Shown here in pieces: positions 1 through 6,747 of a DNA stretch of 40,216 bases (position 1 is its first letter; each line of letters begins with the position of its first letter). Under the pieces are notes generated by a model. That model saw nothing but the letters and a program-made list of their open reading frames with translations. It had not been told where the DNA came from and made no database searches. Origin of the DNA: Kayfunavirus CLBP1; sequence record OZ035730.1; one strand, 5' to 3'. A program made the translations under genes and the position numbers.

Positions 1-29
1 TACAAAACGATTAAAGGAGGAGGTAAAAC

Positions 30-293
30 ATGACGCAGATGGACTTAGAGAAGTTCCTCTTAATGCTAGATACTGAACGTGCTCGACTCATGCTGCAAGA
101 CCTGCGGGATGACTCTAAGCGTTCACCTCAGCTTTACAACGCCATTGAGAAGCTACTGGCTCGTCACAACTTCGTGCTAAGCAAGGTGTCTGTTGACGAG
201 AAGACGCTCGCTGATATGGAGGCCCTGAACGCAGAGTACGATAAGGTGCTCTCCGCTACGGAAGATAATGACACTGGGTATGGAGTGCAATAA
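30..293 (+). CDS. Small terminase subunit (T7 gp18-like, DNA maturation protein A)
   Basis: 87-aa ORF with SD GGAGGAGG upstream; translation MTQMDLEKFLLMLDTERARLMLQDL...RSPQLYNAIEKLL resembles T7 gp18 as I recall it; lies between the holin and the spanins as in T7. Confidence 0.8.
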   Translation: MTQMDLEKFLLMLDTERARLMLQDLRDDSKRSPQLYNAIEKLLARHNFVLSKVSVDEKTLADMEALNAEYDKVLSATEDNDTGYGVQ

Positions 294-302
294 ATCTCTT
301 AA

Positions 303-352
303 GTGTTAGACTCAAGGTCATTACTGTATGTAGTGGCCTTTATGGTTAACAC
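303..352 (+). promoter_or_regulatory. RNase III-type processing hairpin (R18.5-like), copy 1 of 3
   Basis: Upper stem AAGGUCAUUAC (313-323) pairs with GUAGUGGCCUU (329-339) including two G.U pairs, loop UGUAU; lower stem GUGUUA (303-308) with UAACAC (347-352). Same element recurs at 9753 and 16839 with compensatory changes. Confidence 0.6.
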
Positions 353-403
353 TAACTAGTGGAGGAGACTCTACGTGAAATCTGATAAACCGGGAGGGCA
401 CCT

Positions 404-856
404 ATGCTCGAATTTCTAAAGAGAGCGGCTCCGTGGTTACTCGCAGCAGTGATGTTTGCTGGGGGCTACCACACCGCTAACAATAAGTGGGAGGCTAAGG
501 TCAATGCAGAATACACCTCGAATCTTAAGGCATCGGAGGATACAAGGCTTGCTGTCCAAGCTGAAGTCAACAAAGTGTCCAAACGGTTTCAGGACGAAAT
601 GTCCTCGCTGGAAGGCAGCACTGATAGGATTATTGCTGACCTTCAGTCTGACAATAAGCGGTTGCGCATCCGAGTCAAACCTACGAGTGGAACCACGCAA
701 AGTGACGGTCGATGCGTCATTGATGGTTACGCCGAACTTGACGAACGAGATGCTAAACGTCTTATCGCCATCGGACTGAAAGGGGACTCTTGGATTAAAG
801 CACTACAGGATACTATTCGAAAACTTCAACAAGACAAGGAGAAAGACAATGGGTAA
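404..856 (+). CDS. Rz-like i-spanin (T7 gp18.5-like)
   Basis: 150 aa; SD GGGAGGG upstream; N-terminal hydrophobic segment LKRAAPWLLAAVMFAGG; motifs LEGSTDRIIADLQSDNKRLRIRVK and ELDERDAKRLIA match remembered T7 gp18.5. Confidence 0.85.
   Translation: MLEFLKRAAPWLLAAVMFAGGYHTANNKWEAKVNAEYTSNLKASEDTRLAVQAEVNKVSKRFQDEMSSLEGSTDRIIADLQSDNKRLRIRVKPTSGTTQSDGRCVIDGYAELDERDAKRLIAIGLKGDSWIKALQDTIRKLQQDKEKDNG
504..779 (+). CDS. Rz1-like o-spanin lipoprotein (gp18.7-like) embedded in +1 frame of gp18.5
   Basis: Embedded ORF contains hydrophobic stretch ALIGLLLTFSLTISGC with lipobox-like LTISGC followed by ASE; first ATG at 504 has SD GGGAGG. Track ORF 456 starts on TTG; true start uncertain. Confidence 0.6.
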   Translation: MQNTPRILRHRRIQGLLSKLKSTKCPNGFRTKCPRWKAALIGLLLTFSLTISGCASESNLRVEPRKVTVDASLMVTPNLTNEMLNVLSPSD

Positions 857-1640
857 TATTATTACTTTGAAAACTGACGTAGTTTGGCATTTTGCTACTG
901 GTACACCCTCTGGACTGAAGAACGCATCCGGTCACTTGTTATCTGGTACAATATACGTGAAAGTCCCAGCTAACGCCGAGTCTACAAGGATTACACTAAG
1001 CGACGGTACGTCTGCTACTGGTAATTTCTCCGATGGTGGCGGCTGGCCTCTACAATCAGGCAGTGTACGTCTGGAAGTGGTTGGTAACACAGAAGACGAC
1101 TTCCTTATTCTTAAAGTCACCAAGCTGAATGACAGTGGCGTCGGACTTGTTAAGGTAGAGTATACTTATCGGGAGTCACGTCCTGTATCCCACGCTGAGT
1201 ATTCTCTGGATACCTTCAACTGGTCAGGAACCCAAGTGTGTGCGGCTGGTCAGTTCACTAACCTAATGACTCTACCTTTAGTGAAGGGAGTGGATAGCGG
1301 CGTCGTTACTATCTCCGAAGGAAAGATGCTGTTCCCAGCTAAAGAGGGACTCAGTAGTGTAAACTTCGTCGTTCGGTTCGCTGGTGAGTTCCCTACAGCC
1401 TCAGCTCATAAGTGGCGATTGCAGCTTCGTAGACCAGATAACACTACCCTATCTTCCGTGACGGACACAGATGACCAGCAGTCATTCACCATTCGTGAGG
1501 CAGCCATCCATAGCTACATAGCTAATACAGACGACCCGTTCGTTACTACTGGCATCATGCTTGGCATTGAAGTTACCGGGTCTGAGGACCTTACTCTGTC
1601 CTCCCTGACTGTTCGCGTTGACTGCATCTTTAACTCTTAA
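849..1640 (+). CDS. Hypothetical protein (263 aa), no T7 counterpart at this position
   Basis: ATG with SD AAGGAG 7 nt upstream, overlaps gp18.5 stop by 8 nt, ends 12 nt before the large terminase start; phage-like codon usage; Ser/Thr/Gly-rich, no TM segment, no recognisable motif. Confidence 0.65.
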   Translation: MGNIITLKTDVVWHFATGTPSGLKNASGHLLSGTIYVKVPANAESTRITLSDGTSATGNFSDGGGWPLQSGSVRLEVVGNTEDDFLILKVTKLNDSGVGLVKVEYTYRESRPVSHAEYSLDTFNWSGTQVCAAGQFTNLMTLPLVKGVDSGVVTISEGKMLFPAKEGLSSVNFVVRFAGEFPTASAHKWRLQLRRPDNTTLSSVTDTDDQQSFTIREAAIHSYIANTDDPFVTTGIMLGIEVTGSEDLTLSSLTVRVDCIFNS

Positions 1641-1651
1641 GAGGTGAAGCA

Positions 1652-3415
1652 TTGAGTAAAGACTTAGTGGCGCGTCAGGCGCTAATGACTGCACGTATGA
1701 AGGCAGACTTCGTGTTCTTCCTGTTCGTCCTGTGGAAAGCTCTGTCACTCCCAGTCCCGACTCGCTGTCAGATTGACATGGCGAAGAAACTATCGGCTGG
1801 GGACAACAGGCGCTTCATCCTACAGGCGTTCCGTGGTATAGGGAAGTCCTTCATTACGTGTGCCTTCGTTGTCTGGAAGCTATGGAACAACCCAGACTTG
1901 AAGTTCATGATTGTGTCTGCCTCAAAGGAACGAGCCGATGCTAACTCCATCTTCATCAAGCGTATCATCGACCTCATGCCTCAGCTTCGGGAACTCAAAC
2001 CTAAGCAGGGACAGCGAGATGCGGTTATCAGCTTCGACGTTGGACCAGCCAAGCCAGACCACTCACCTTCGGTTAAGTCAGTTGGTATCACAGGTCAGTT
2101 GACTGGTAGTCGTGCTGACATCTTGATTGCCGATGACGTAGAGGTTCCGAACAACTCAGCGACTCAGGCTGCACGAGACCGTCTGTCAGAGCTTGTGAAA
2201 GAGTTCGACGCTATCCTGAAGCCGGGAGGTACAATCATCTATCTGGGTACTCCTCAGAACGAGATGACCTTGTATCGTGAGCTGGAAGGCCGTGGGTACA
2301 CCACTACTATCTGGCCTGCTCGTTATCCACGCGACAGGAAGGACTGGCAGTCTTACGGCGACCGTCTGGCACCGATGCTTCAGGCAGAGCTTGAAGAGGA
2401 CCCTGAGGCCTTCTACTGGCGTCCGACCGATGAAGTTCGCTTCGACGATACTGACCTGAAGGAACGTGAGCTGTCCTATGGTAAAGCTGGCTTCGCTCTA
2501 CAGTTCATGCTTAACCCGAACCTGAGTGATGCCGAGAAGTACCCTCTGAAGCTCCGTGACCTTATCGTAGCAGACTTGGACCCAGCATCCAGCCCAATGG
2601 TCTACCAATGGTTGCCTAACCCTCAGAACAAGCGTGAGGACGTTCCTAACGTTGGACTCATGGGCGACTCATACCACACGTACCAGACTGTAGGTTCTGC
2701 CTTCAGTTCGTACACCCAGAAGATTCTGGTCATTGACCCTAGCGGTCGTGGTAAGGATGAAACTGGTTATGCGGTACTGTATCAGCTCAACGGCTACATC
2801 TTCGCTATGGAAGTCGGAGGTATGCGTGGTGGTTATGAAGACTCTACTCTGGAAGCGCTAGCTAAGATTGGTCGTAAGTGGAAGGTCAACGAATACGTCA
2901 TTGAGGGTAACTTCGGTGATGGTATGTACCTTGAGCTATTCAAGCCTGTAGCGGCCCGTATCCATCCTGCGGCTGTAACTGAAGTGAAGAGTAAGGGTCA
3001 GAAAGAACTCCGCATCTGTGACGTTCTGGAGCCTATCATGGGGTCTCACAGACTTATCGTCAACGCTGCTGCTATCGTCCAAGACTATCAGACAGCCGCT
3101 GATAAGGATGGTGTTCGTAACCCTATCTACTCTCTCTTCTACCAGATGACACGTATCTCTCGTGAACGCGGAGCCTTGGCACACGATGACCGACTTGATG
3201 CGCTGGCTATCGGTGTACAGTTCTTCGTTGAGTCTATGGCTAAGGATGCCAACAAAGGCGAACGTGAAGTCACTGAGGAGTGGCTGGAGGAACAGATGGA
3301 GAACCCACGGAAAGGCTTCGAGTCCATCCACACTGAGTTCTGGGACAATGGGGTCCGGGTAACTCACAATACGGACGACGAGCTGGGACTAGGGGCTTAC
3401 GTTACGTTCCACTAG
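1652..3415 (+). CDS. Large terminase subunit (T7 gp19-like, DNA maturation protein B)
   Basis: 587 aa; TTG start with SD GAGGTG; long collinear match to T7 gp19 ([103 protein letters not shown]). Confidence 0.95.
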   Translation: MSKDLVARQALMTARMKADFVFFLFVLWKALSLPVPTRCQIDMAKKLSAGDNRRFILQAFRGIGKSFITCAFVVWKLWNNPDLKFMIVSASKERADANSIFIKRIIDLMPQLRELKPKQGQRDAVISFDVGPAKPDHSPSVKSVGITGQLTGSRADILIADDVEVPNNSATQAARDRLSELVKEFDAILKPGGTIIYLGTPQNEMTLYRELEGRGYTTTIWPARYPRDRKDWQSYGDRLAPMLQAELEEDPEAFYWRPTDEVRFDDTDLKERELSYGKAGFALQFMLNPNLSDAEKYPLKLRDLIVADLDPASSPMVYQWLPNPQNKREDVPNVGLMGDSYHTYQTVGSAFSSYTQKILVIDPSGRGKDETGYAVLYQLNGYIFAMEVGGMRGGYEDSTLEALAKIGRKWKVNEYVIEGNFGDGMYLELFKPVAARIHPAAVTEVKSKGQKELRICDVLEPIMGSHRLIVNAAAIVQDYQTAADKDGVRNPIYSLFYQMTRISRERGALAHDDRLDALAIGVQFFVESMAKDANKGEREVTEEWLEEQMENPRKGFESIHTEFWDNGVRVTHNTDDELGLGAYVTFH

Positions 3416-3505
3416 CTGAATAACTATAGGCGAAAACTGAATTAATAAGCAGTTAGTAACCTATAGTTACTACCAGTCTAACCTACTGTTTTACAAGGAG
3501 TTTGG

Positions 3506-3528
3506 ACTTAACTATCACTATAGGGAAG
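3506..3528 (+). promoter_or_regulatory. Phage RNAP promoter (phiOR-like)
   Basis: ACTTAACTATCACTATAGGGAAG, exact match to the core repeated 11 times; +1 G at 3523; position after gene 19 as T7 phiOR. Confidence 0.75.
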
Positions 3529-3708
3529 ACCCCCGGTTACTTATAGTATTACTGTAGTGAATATACATATGCAGACTTTATGCAAGACCTTAGGAGGCAG
3601 ACTCAGAGTTCTTACCTAAGGCTTGCACCGATGGAAGGAGGGTGATATTAATCATAATCCCTCCAATACAGATAGTCACCGACCATAGATACAGGAGGTA
3701 TGTAGCAT

Positions 3709-3867
3709 ATGGAAAAGACCAAAGCTGTACTTAAAGCTCTGGCGACCAATCGAGCTACATACAGGTTTCTTGCTGCTGTTCTACTTGCTGCTGGCGTTAC
3801 TGCTGGAAGTAAGTGGGTCGGGTGGGTCGAGACTCTCGTATGTTCTCTGGTGTCTGAGTGTAATTAA
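3709..3867 (+). CDS. Small hydrophobic protein (gp19.5-like by position)
   Basis: 52 aa hand-translated MEKTKAVLKALATNRATYRFLAAVLLAAGVTAGSKWVGWVETLVCSLVSECN; strong SD AGGAGG 8 nt upstream; downstream of the phiOR-like promoter as T7 gene 19.5. Confidence 0.5.
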   Translation: MEKTKAVLKALATNRATYRFLAAVLLAAGVTAGSKWVGWVETLVCSLVSECN

Positions 3868-4104
3868 CGCAATCATGGTAACAATCAACGAAAGCAAGAC
3901 CTAAGGTCAGTTCATAGCTGACGCTACTCTACTGACCTTAGCTACTGTAGTCAAGGACTTTAGGTAACACCTTAAGAGAAGCTCACTTAGGGTCATCCTA
4001 CTGATTGGTCTATCCTAGTGTCGCCTGACCTACGGTCCTTGACCTACAGTGGCTGTGGCCTACAGTAGTGACGATGAGTTTTGGACCAAAAGTTTGAGAC
4101 CACA

Positions 4105-4295
4105 TCTCACAGTTCAAGAACCTAAAGTCTCCCCATAGGCCCTCTTTCAGTCCAGACCAAAGGCCCTACCCCAGTCTATCATAAGGTTGGACCGATGGTC
4201 AAGACGTTAGGTCGACGATAGGTTGAGGCTATGGCTTAGGGAAGGACGATAGGTTGGGACTATTGGTCTTCTTTGAGTCTCTATCTGTATAACCA
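4105..4295. repeat. Probable physical genome terminus and terminal-repeat region (one collapsed copy)
   Basis: TCTCACAGTTCAAGAACCTAAAGTCTCCCCATAGG at 4105 closely resembles the first bases of the T7 left end; GTCTCTATCTGTA near 4280 resembles the end of the T7 terminal repeat. Boundaries are approximate. Confidence 0.4.
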
Positions 4296-4440
4296 TAGGT
4301 CCTACAACCATAGGTCTAACAACCTACAGTCTCACTAACCTACAGTCACAACCATAAGACACTGACATCCTACAGTCATAGACATACAGCTAATAGACAC
4401 AAAGCCATAGACTTAAGGTCTAAGACATGTTAGTCAAAGA
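4296..4440. repeat. Array of short imperfect direct repeats (ACCATAGGTC / ACCTACAGTC family)
   Basis: Tandem-like recurrences AACCATAGGTCCTACAACCATAGGTCTAACAACCTACAGTCTCACTAACCTACAGTCACAACCATAAGAC; positional analogue of the CCTAAAG repeats after the T7 terminal repeat. Confidence 0.5.
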
Positions 4441-4694
4441 CTATATCCTCTTAGTCACTATGGGGCCGACGATAGCTTAATCAATATTATTTCAAATTAC
4501 CTATTGACTATATGTCCAGACTATGGCCTAATAGCTTCCGTCAACACGACACGGCAGTAAACGCTAGGTAACTAGCAACGACTCACCGAGATGGTGACTC
4601 ACAGTAGGTCAGGACGATAGGTTGAATGGTCTAGCCAGTACGGAAGATTGCAGAAGGAACTAAGCGTACCGACCTCAGAGCTGAAAGAAAGTAG

Positions 4695-4723
4695 TTGACA
4701 AGTAGTAAGACTTAACGTAGTAT
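4695..4723 (+). promoter_or_regulatory. Host sigma70 early promoter (T7 A3-like)
   Basis: TTGACA (4695-4700), 17-nt spacer, TAGTAT (4718-4723); downstream GTACCACAT resembles the T7 A3 promoter region. Confidence 0.6.
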
Positions 4724-4808
4724 GTACCACATCAACGAGAAACAATCCGGTAAAGTGCAATATATAAGGTGGTGCAATGGAGCAACGCCTATTAATGAGG
4801 GTAGCATC

Positions 4809-5042
4809 ATGATCAACCAAATCAAAACTACTAAATCAAATGTTAACGGCAACGTTTCTCACTTTATCGGTGATAACGAAAGAGGCACACCATACGCCGC
4901 CGTAACCGTGCAACCAAATGGCGATTATTGGTTTACCGTGTATGGATCATACTCTTTTGGACGTCCGGCGCATGATAAGATCTTGCAAGCGGTTAAGCCT
5001 ACAGGGAAGAATATTACAGCAGAAAAGTTTTATAAAAAGTAG
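4809..5042 (+). CDS. Hypothetical small protein (77 aa), AT-rich early gene upstream of ocr
   Basis: ATG with GAGG 7 nt upstream; MINQIKTTKSNVNGNVSHFIGDNERGTPYAAVTVQPNGDYWFTVYGSYSFGRPAHDKILQAVKPTGKNITAEKFYKK; visibly more AT-rich than the flanking genes. Track start 4722 overlaps the promoter -10 and has no SD. Confidence 0.5.
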   Translation: MINQIKTTKSNVNGNVSHFIGDNERGTPYAAVTVQPNGDYWFTVYGSYSFGRPAHDKILQAVKPTGKNITAEKFYKK

Positions 5043-5122
5043 CTTGCTTTGTGCGATCTGTTAACTTATAGCGGCCTGACTGATAGTCACTAACACATAC
5101 TTAACTTTGAGAGGATATAACT

Positions 5123-5611
5123 ATGGAACGTAACGCTAACGCATACTATGAGCTGCTGGCTGCAACCGTTGAAGCATTTAACGAGCGTATTCAGTACGAC
5201 GAAATAGCTGAAGGCGATGACTACCACGATGCGCTGCATGAAGTCGTAGACGGTCAGGTCCCGCACTATTACCACGAGATTTTCACGGTGATGGCTGCTG
5301 ATGGTATAGACCACGAGTTTGAGGACGCTGGGCTGATGCCTGAGACCAAGGACGTAACGCGTATACTGCAAGCTCGCATCTATGAGGCACTGTATAACGA
5401 TGTGTCTAATAGCTCGGATGTAGTCTGGTTCGAGGGCGAATACTGGGTGGTTGATGCTGAGACAGGGGCAATCATTGAGCAGGAGGGATCACTTGAGGAA
5501 GCTATTACATGCGCTAAAAAATTCTATCCGATAGGTCGCCACCTGAAGGTCGAGGACATCAACGATAACGTAGTGTTCGACCCTGCGGCTGCTGAAGAGG
5601 ACTGCGAGTGA
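5123..5611 (+). CDS. ocr: Ocr-like anti-restriction DNA mimic (gp0.3-like) with C-terminal extension
   Basis: N-terminal ~95 aa match remembered T7 Ocr ([64 protein letters not shown]); acidic; 162 aa versus 117 in T7. Confidence 0.8.
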   Translation: MERNANAYYELLAATVEAFNERIQYDEIAEGDDYHDALHEVVDGQVPHYYHEIFTVMAADGIDHEFEDAGLMPETKDVTRILQARIYEALYNDVSNSSDVVWFEGEYWVVDAETGAIIEQEGSLEEAITCAKKFYPIGRHLKVEDINDNVVFDPAAAEEDCE

Positions 5612-5757
5612 TGGTAACTTATGGTATCTGCCAGTACCACGTCACCAACGCCCGGCTTATGGTCCAGACCGGGCAGTTAACCCATGACGCGGCTATGCGT
5701 CACCTGAAGGCGGTCTACGAGGGACGCAAGCGCATACACGACAGTGAGGATAAGTAA
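5611..5757 (+). CDS. Hypothetical early small protein (48 aa)
   Basis: Hand-translated [48 protein letters not shown]; ATG overlaps ocr stop (TGATG). Confidence 0.3.
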   Translation: MVTYGICQYHVTNARLMVQTGQLTHDAAMRHLKAVYEGRKRIHDSEDK

Positions 5758-5759
5758 AC

Positions 5760-5885
5760 ATGTGCCAGATAACTTATAGCAGTGAACAGGCGTTCTACGA
5801 TGGGTGCTACGAGATGATGAAGCGTGGGGCTTGCTACATAGCTAATCACCAAAGCCTGACCATAACGCTTACAGGTGGGTACTGA
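5760..5885 (+). CDS. Hypothetical early small Cys-containing protein (41 aa)
   Basis: Hand-translated MCQITYSSEQAFYDGCYEMMKRGACYIANHQSLTITLTGGY; GAGGA 9 nt upstream. Confidence 0.3.
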   Translation: MCQITYSSEQAFYDGCYEMMKRGACYIANHQSLTITLTGGY

Positions 5886-5955
5886 GTGATAGACGAGAGG
5901 TCATCGACTGATAGGTGGCCTCAAAGATTACCACTTGCATTAATAGGAGTTAACT

Positions 5956-6123
5956 ATGAAATTTACAGTCATCGCACTTTACGTAACCATTATTCTATCC
6001 TGGCTAACGGCGGTACTCATTGATGGGAACGCATTACGACTAGGCTGGCTGGCAGTGGACATTATATTCTCTCCGGTAGGGGTAGTGCGCGGCATCTTGA
6101 TGTGGATTGGACTGGCGGGATAA
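5956..6123 (+). CDS. Hypothetical small membrane protein (55 aa)
   Basis: SD AGGAG 6 nt upstream; MKFTVIALYVTIILSWLTAVLIDGNALRLGWLAVDIIFSPVGVVRGILMWIGLAG, two hydrophobic helices. Confidence 0.5.
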   Translation: MKFTVIALYVTIILSWLTAVLIDGNALRLGWLAVDIIFSPVGVVRGILMWIGLAG

Positions 6124-6126
6124 ACT

Positions 6127-6324
6127 ATGATAGCTGCACTATTGATAGCCATAGGCTATGGGCTTATCGCCTACGTGCTGGTGAGAGACATTAACAAGGC
6201 GCGTAAAGTCTACAAATTAAACTATGTACGTCTGGGTCGCTGGACTGTACGTCAACCTAACGGGCGATTCATGCGCAACTTAGCGAACGTCTGGGATATA
6301 GCAACACTTGGGAGCAAACTGTAA
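6127..6324 (+). CDS. Hypothetical small membrane-anchored protein (65 aa)
   Basis: N-terminal hydrophobic helix MIAALLIAIGYGLIAYVLV then basic region; tightly packed after the preceding ORF. Confidence 0.45.
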   Translation: MIAALLIAIGYGLIAYVLVRDINKARKVYKLNYVRLGRWTVRQPNGRFMRNLANVWDIATLGSKL

Positions 6325-6650
6325 TGAACAAGTCATACGGGATTAATCTGGTACACTCTATGGACGCAGACATGCAAATGTTAAGCCTACTGGCTACCGG
6401 GTATCGTCACGGAACGTCAAGTCACTCCGCACGTCAACAGCAGGAGCGGGACCGTGTACTACAGGCACGACTCCGGGCTGAGGGCCATAAGTCCGAACTG
6501 ATGTGTCTGGCGTATGGTGGACGACCAATCACTGATGATGGTAAACTTCTGGTCTCAGGCTGGAAGGCGATAGACCAACGGTCAACAATCCAGCACACGA
6601 CTCATGGTGACTTCAGTCATCTTCACGCTAACCCACTGATATTAAAGTGA
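6324..6650 (+). CDS. Hypothetical early protein (108 aa)
   Basis: ATG overlaps preceding stop (TAATG); occupies the slot where T7 has gene 0.7 but is far shorter and has no kinase motifs. Confidence 0.45.
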   Translation: MNKSYGINLVHSMDADMQMLSLLATGYRHGTSSHSARQQQERDRVLQARLRAEGHKSELMCLAYGGRPITDDGKLLVSGWKAIDQRSTIQHTTHGDFSHLHANPLILK

Positions 6651-6655
6651 TTCTG

Positions 6656-6678
6656 ACTTAACTATCACTATAGGACTC
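6656..6678 (+). promoter_or_regulatory. Phage RNAP promoter immediately upstream of the RNAP gene
   Basis: ACTTAACTATCACTATAGGACTC, exact core; +1 G at 6673, 75 nt upstream of the gene 1 ATG. Confidence 0.75.
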
Positions 6679-6747
6679 AAGGTCTAAGACTCCAAGTGAA
6701 AGACCAAAGAGACTTTAAGTGAAAGACTAATAACAAGGACTTTAAGT

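Noticed and set aside
4296-4440. Short repeat array considered as a possible CRISPR array.
   Set aside because: Repeats are about 10 nt, imperfect and nearly contiguous with no regular spacers. The context matches post-terminal-repeat arrays of T7-like phages.
4453-4465. T7-class promoter-like strings near the left end (AGTCACTATGGGG at 4453 and GACTCACAGTAGG at 4596).
   Set aside because: They match the downstream CACTAT-GG core but differ from the 11 conserved promoters in the upstream recognition region and at -1/-2, so they are probably non-functional. A weak phiOL analogue cannot be excluded.
4722-5042. Track start at 4722 for the early AT-rich ORF (106 aa).
   Set aside because: The ATG at 4722 overlaps the -10 hexamer of the predicted sigma70 promoter and has no SD, so it would not be on the transcript. 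The in-frame ATG at 4809 with GAGG upstream is preferred.
6677-6745. GACTCAAGGTC and repeated GACTTTAAGT motifs between the gene 1 promoter and the gene 1 ATG, considered as a fourth RNase III hairpin.
   Set aside because: It shares only the 5' arm with the three conserved elements and lacks the GTGGCCTT 3' arm, so no equivalent stem can be drawn.
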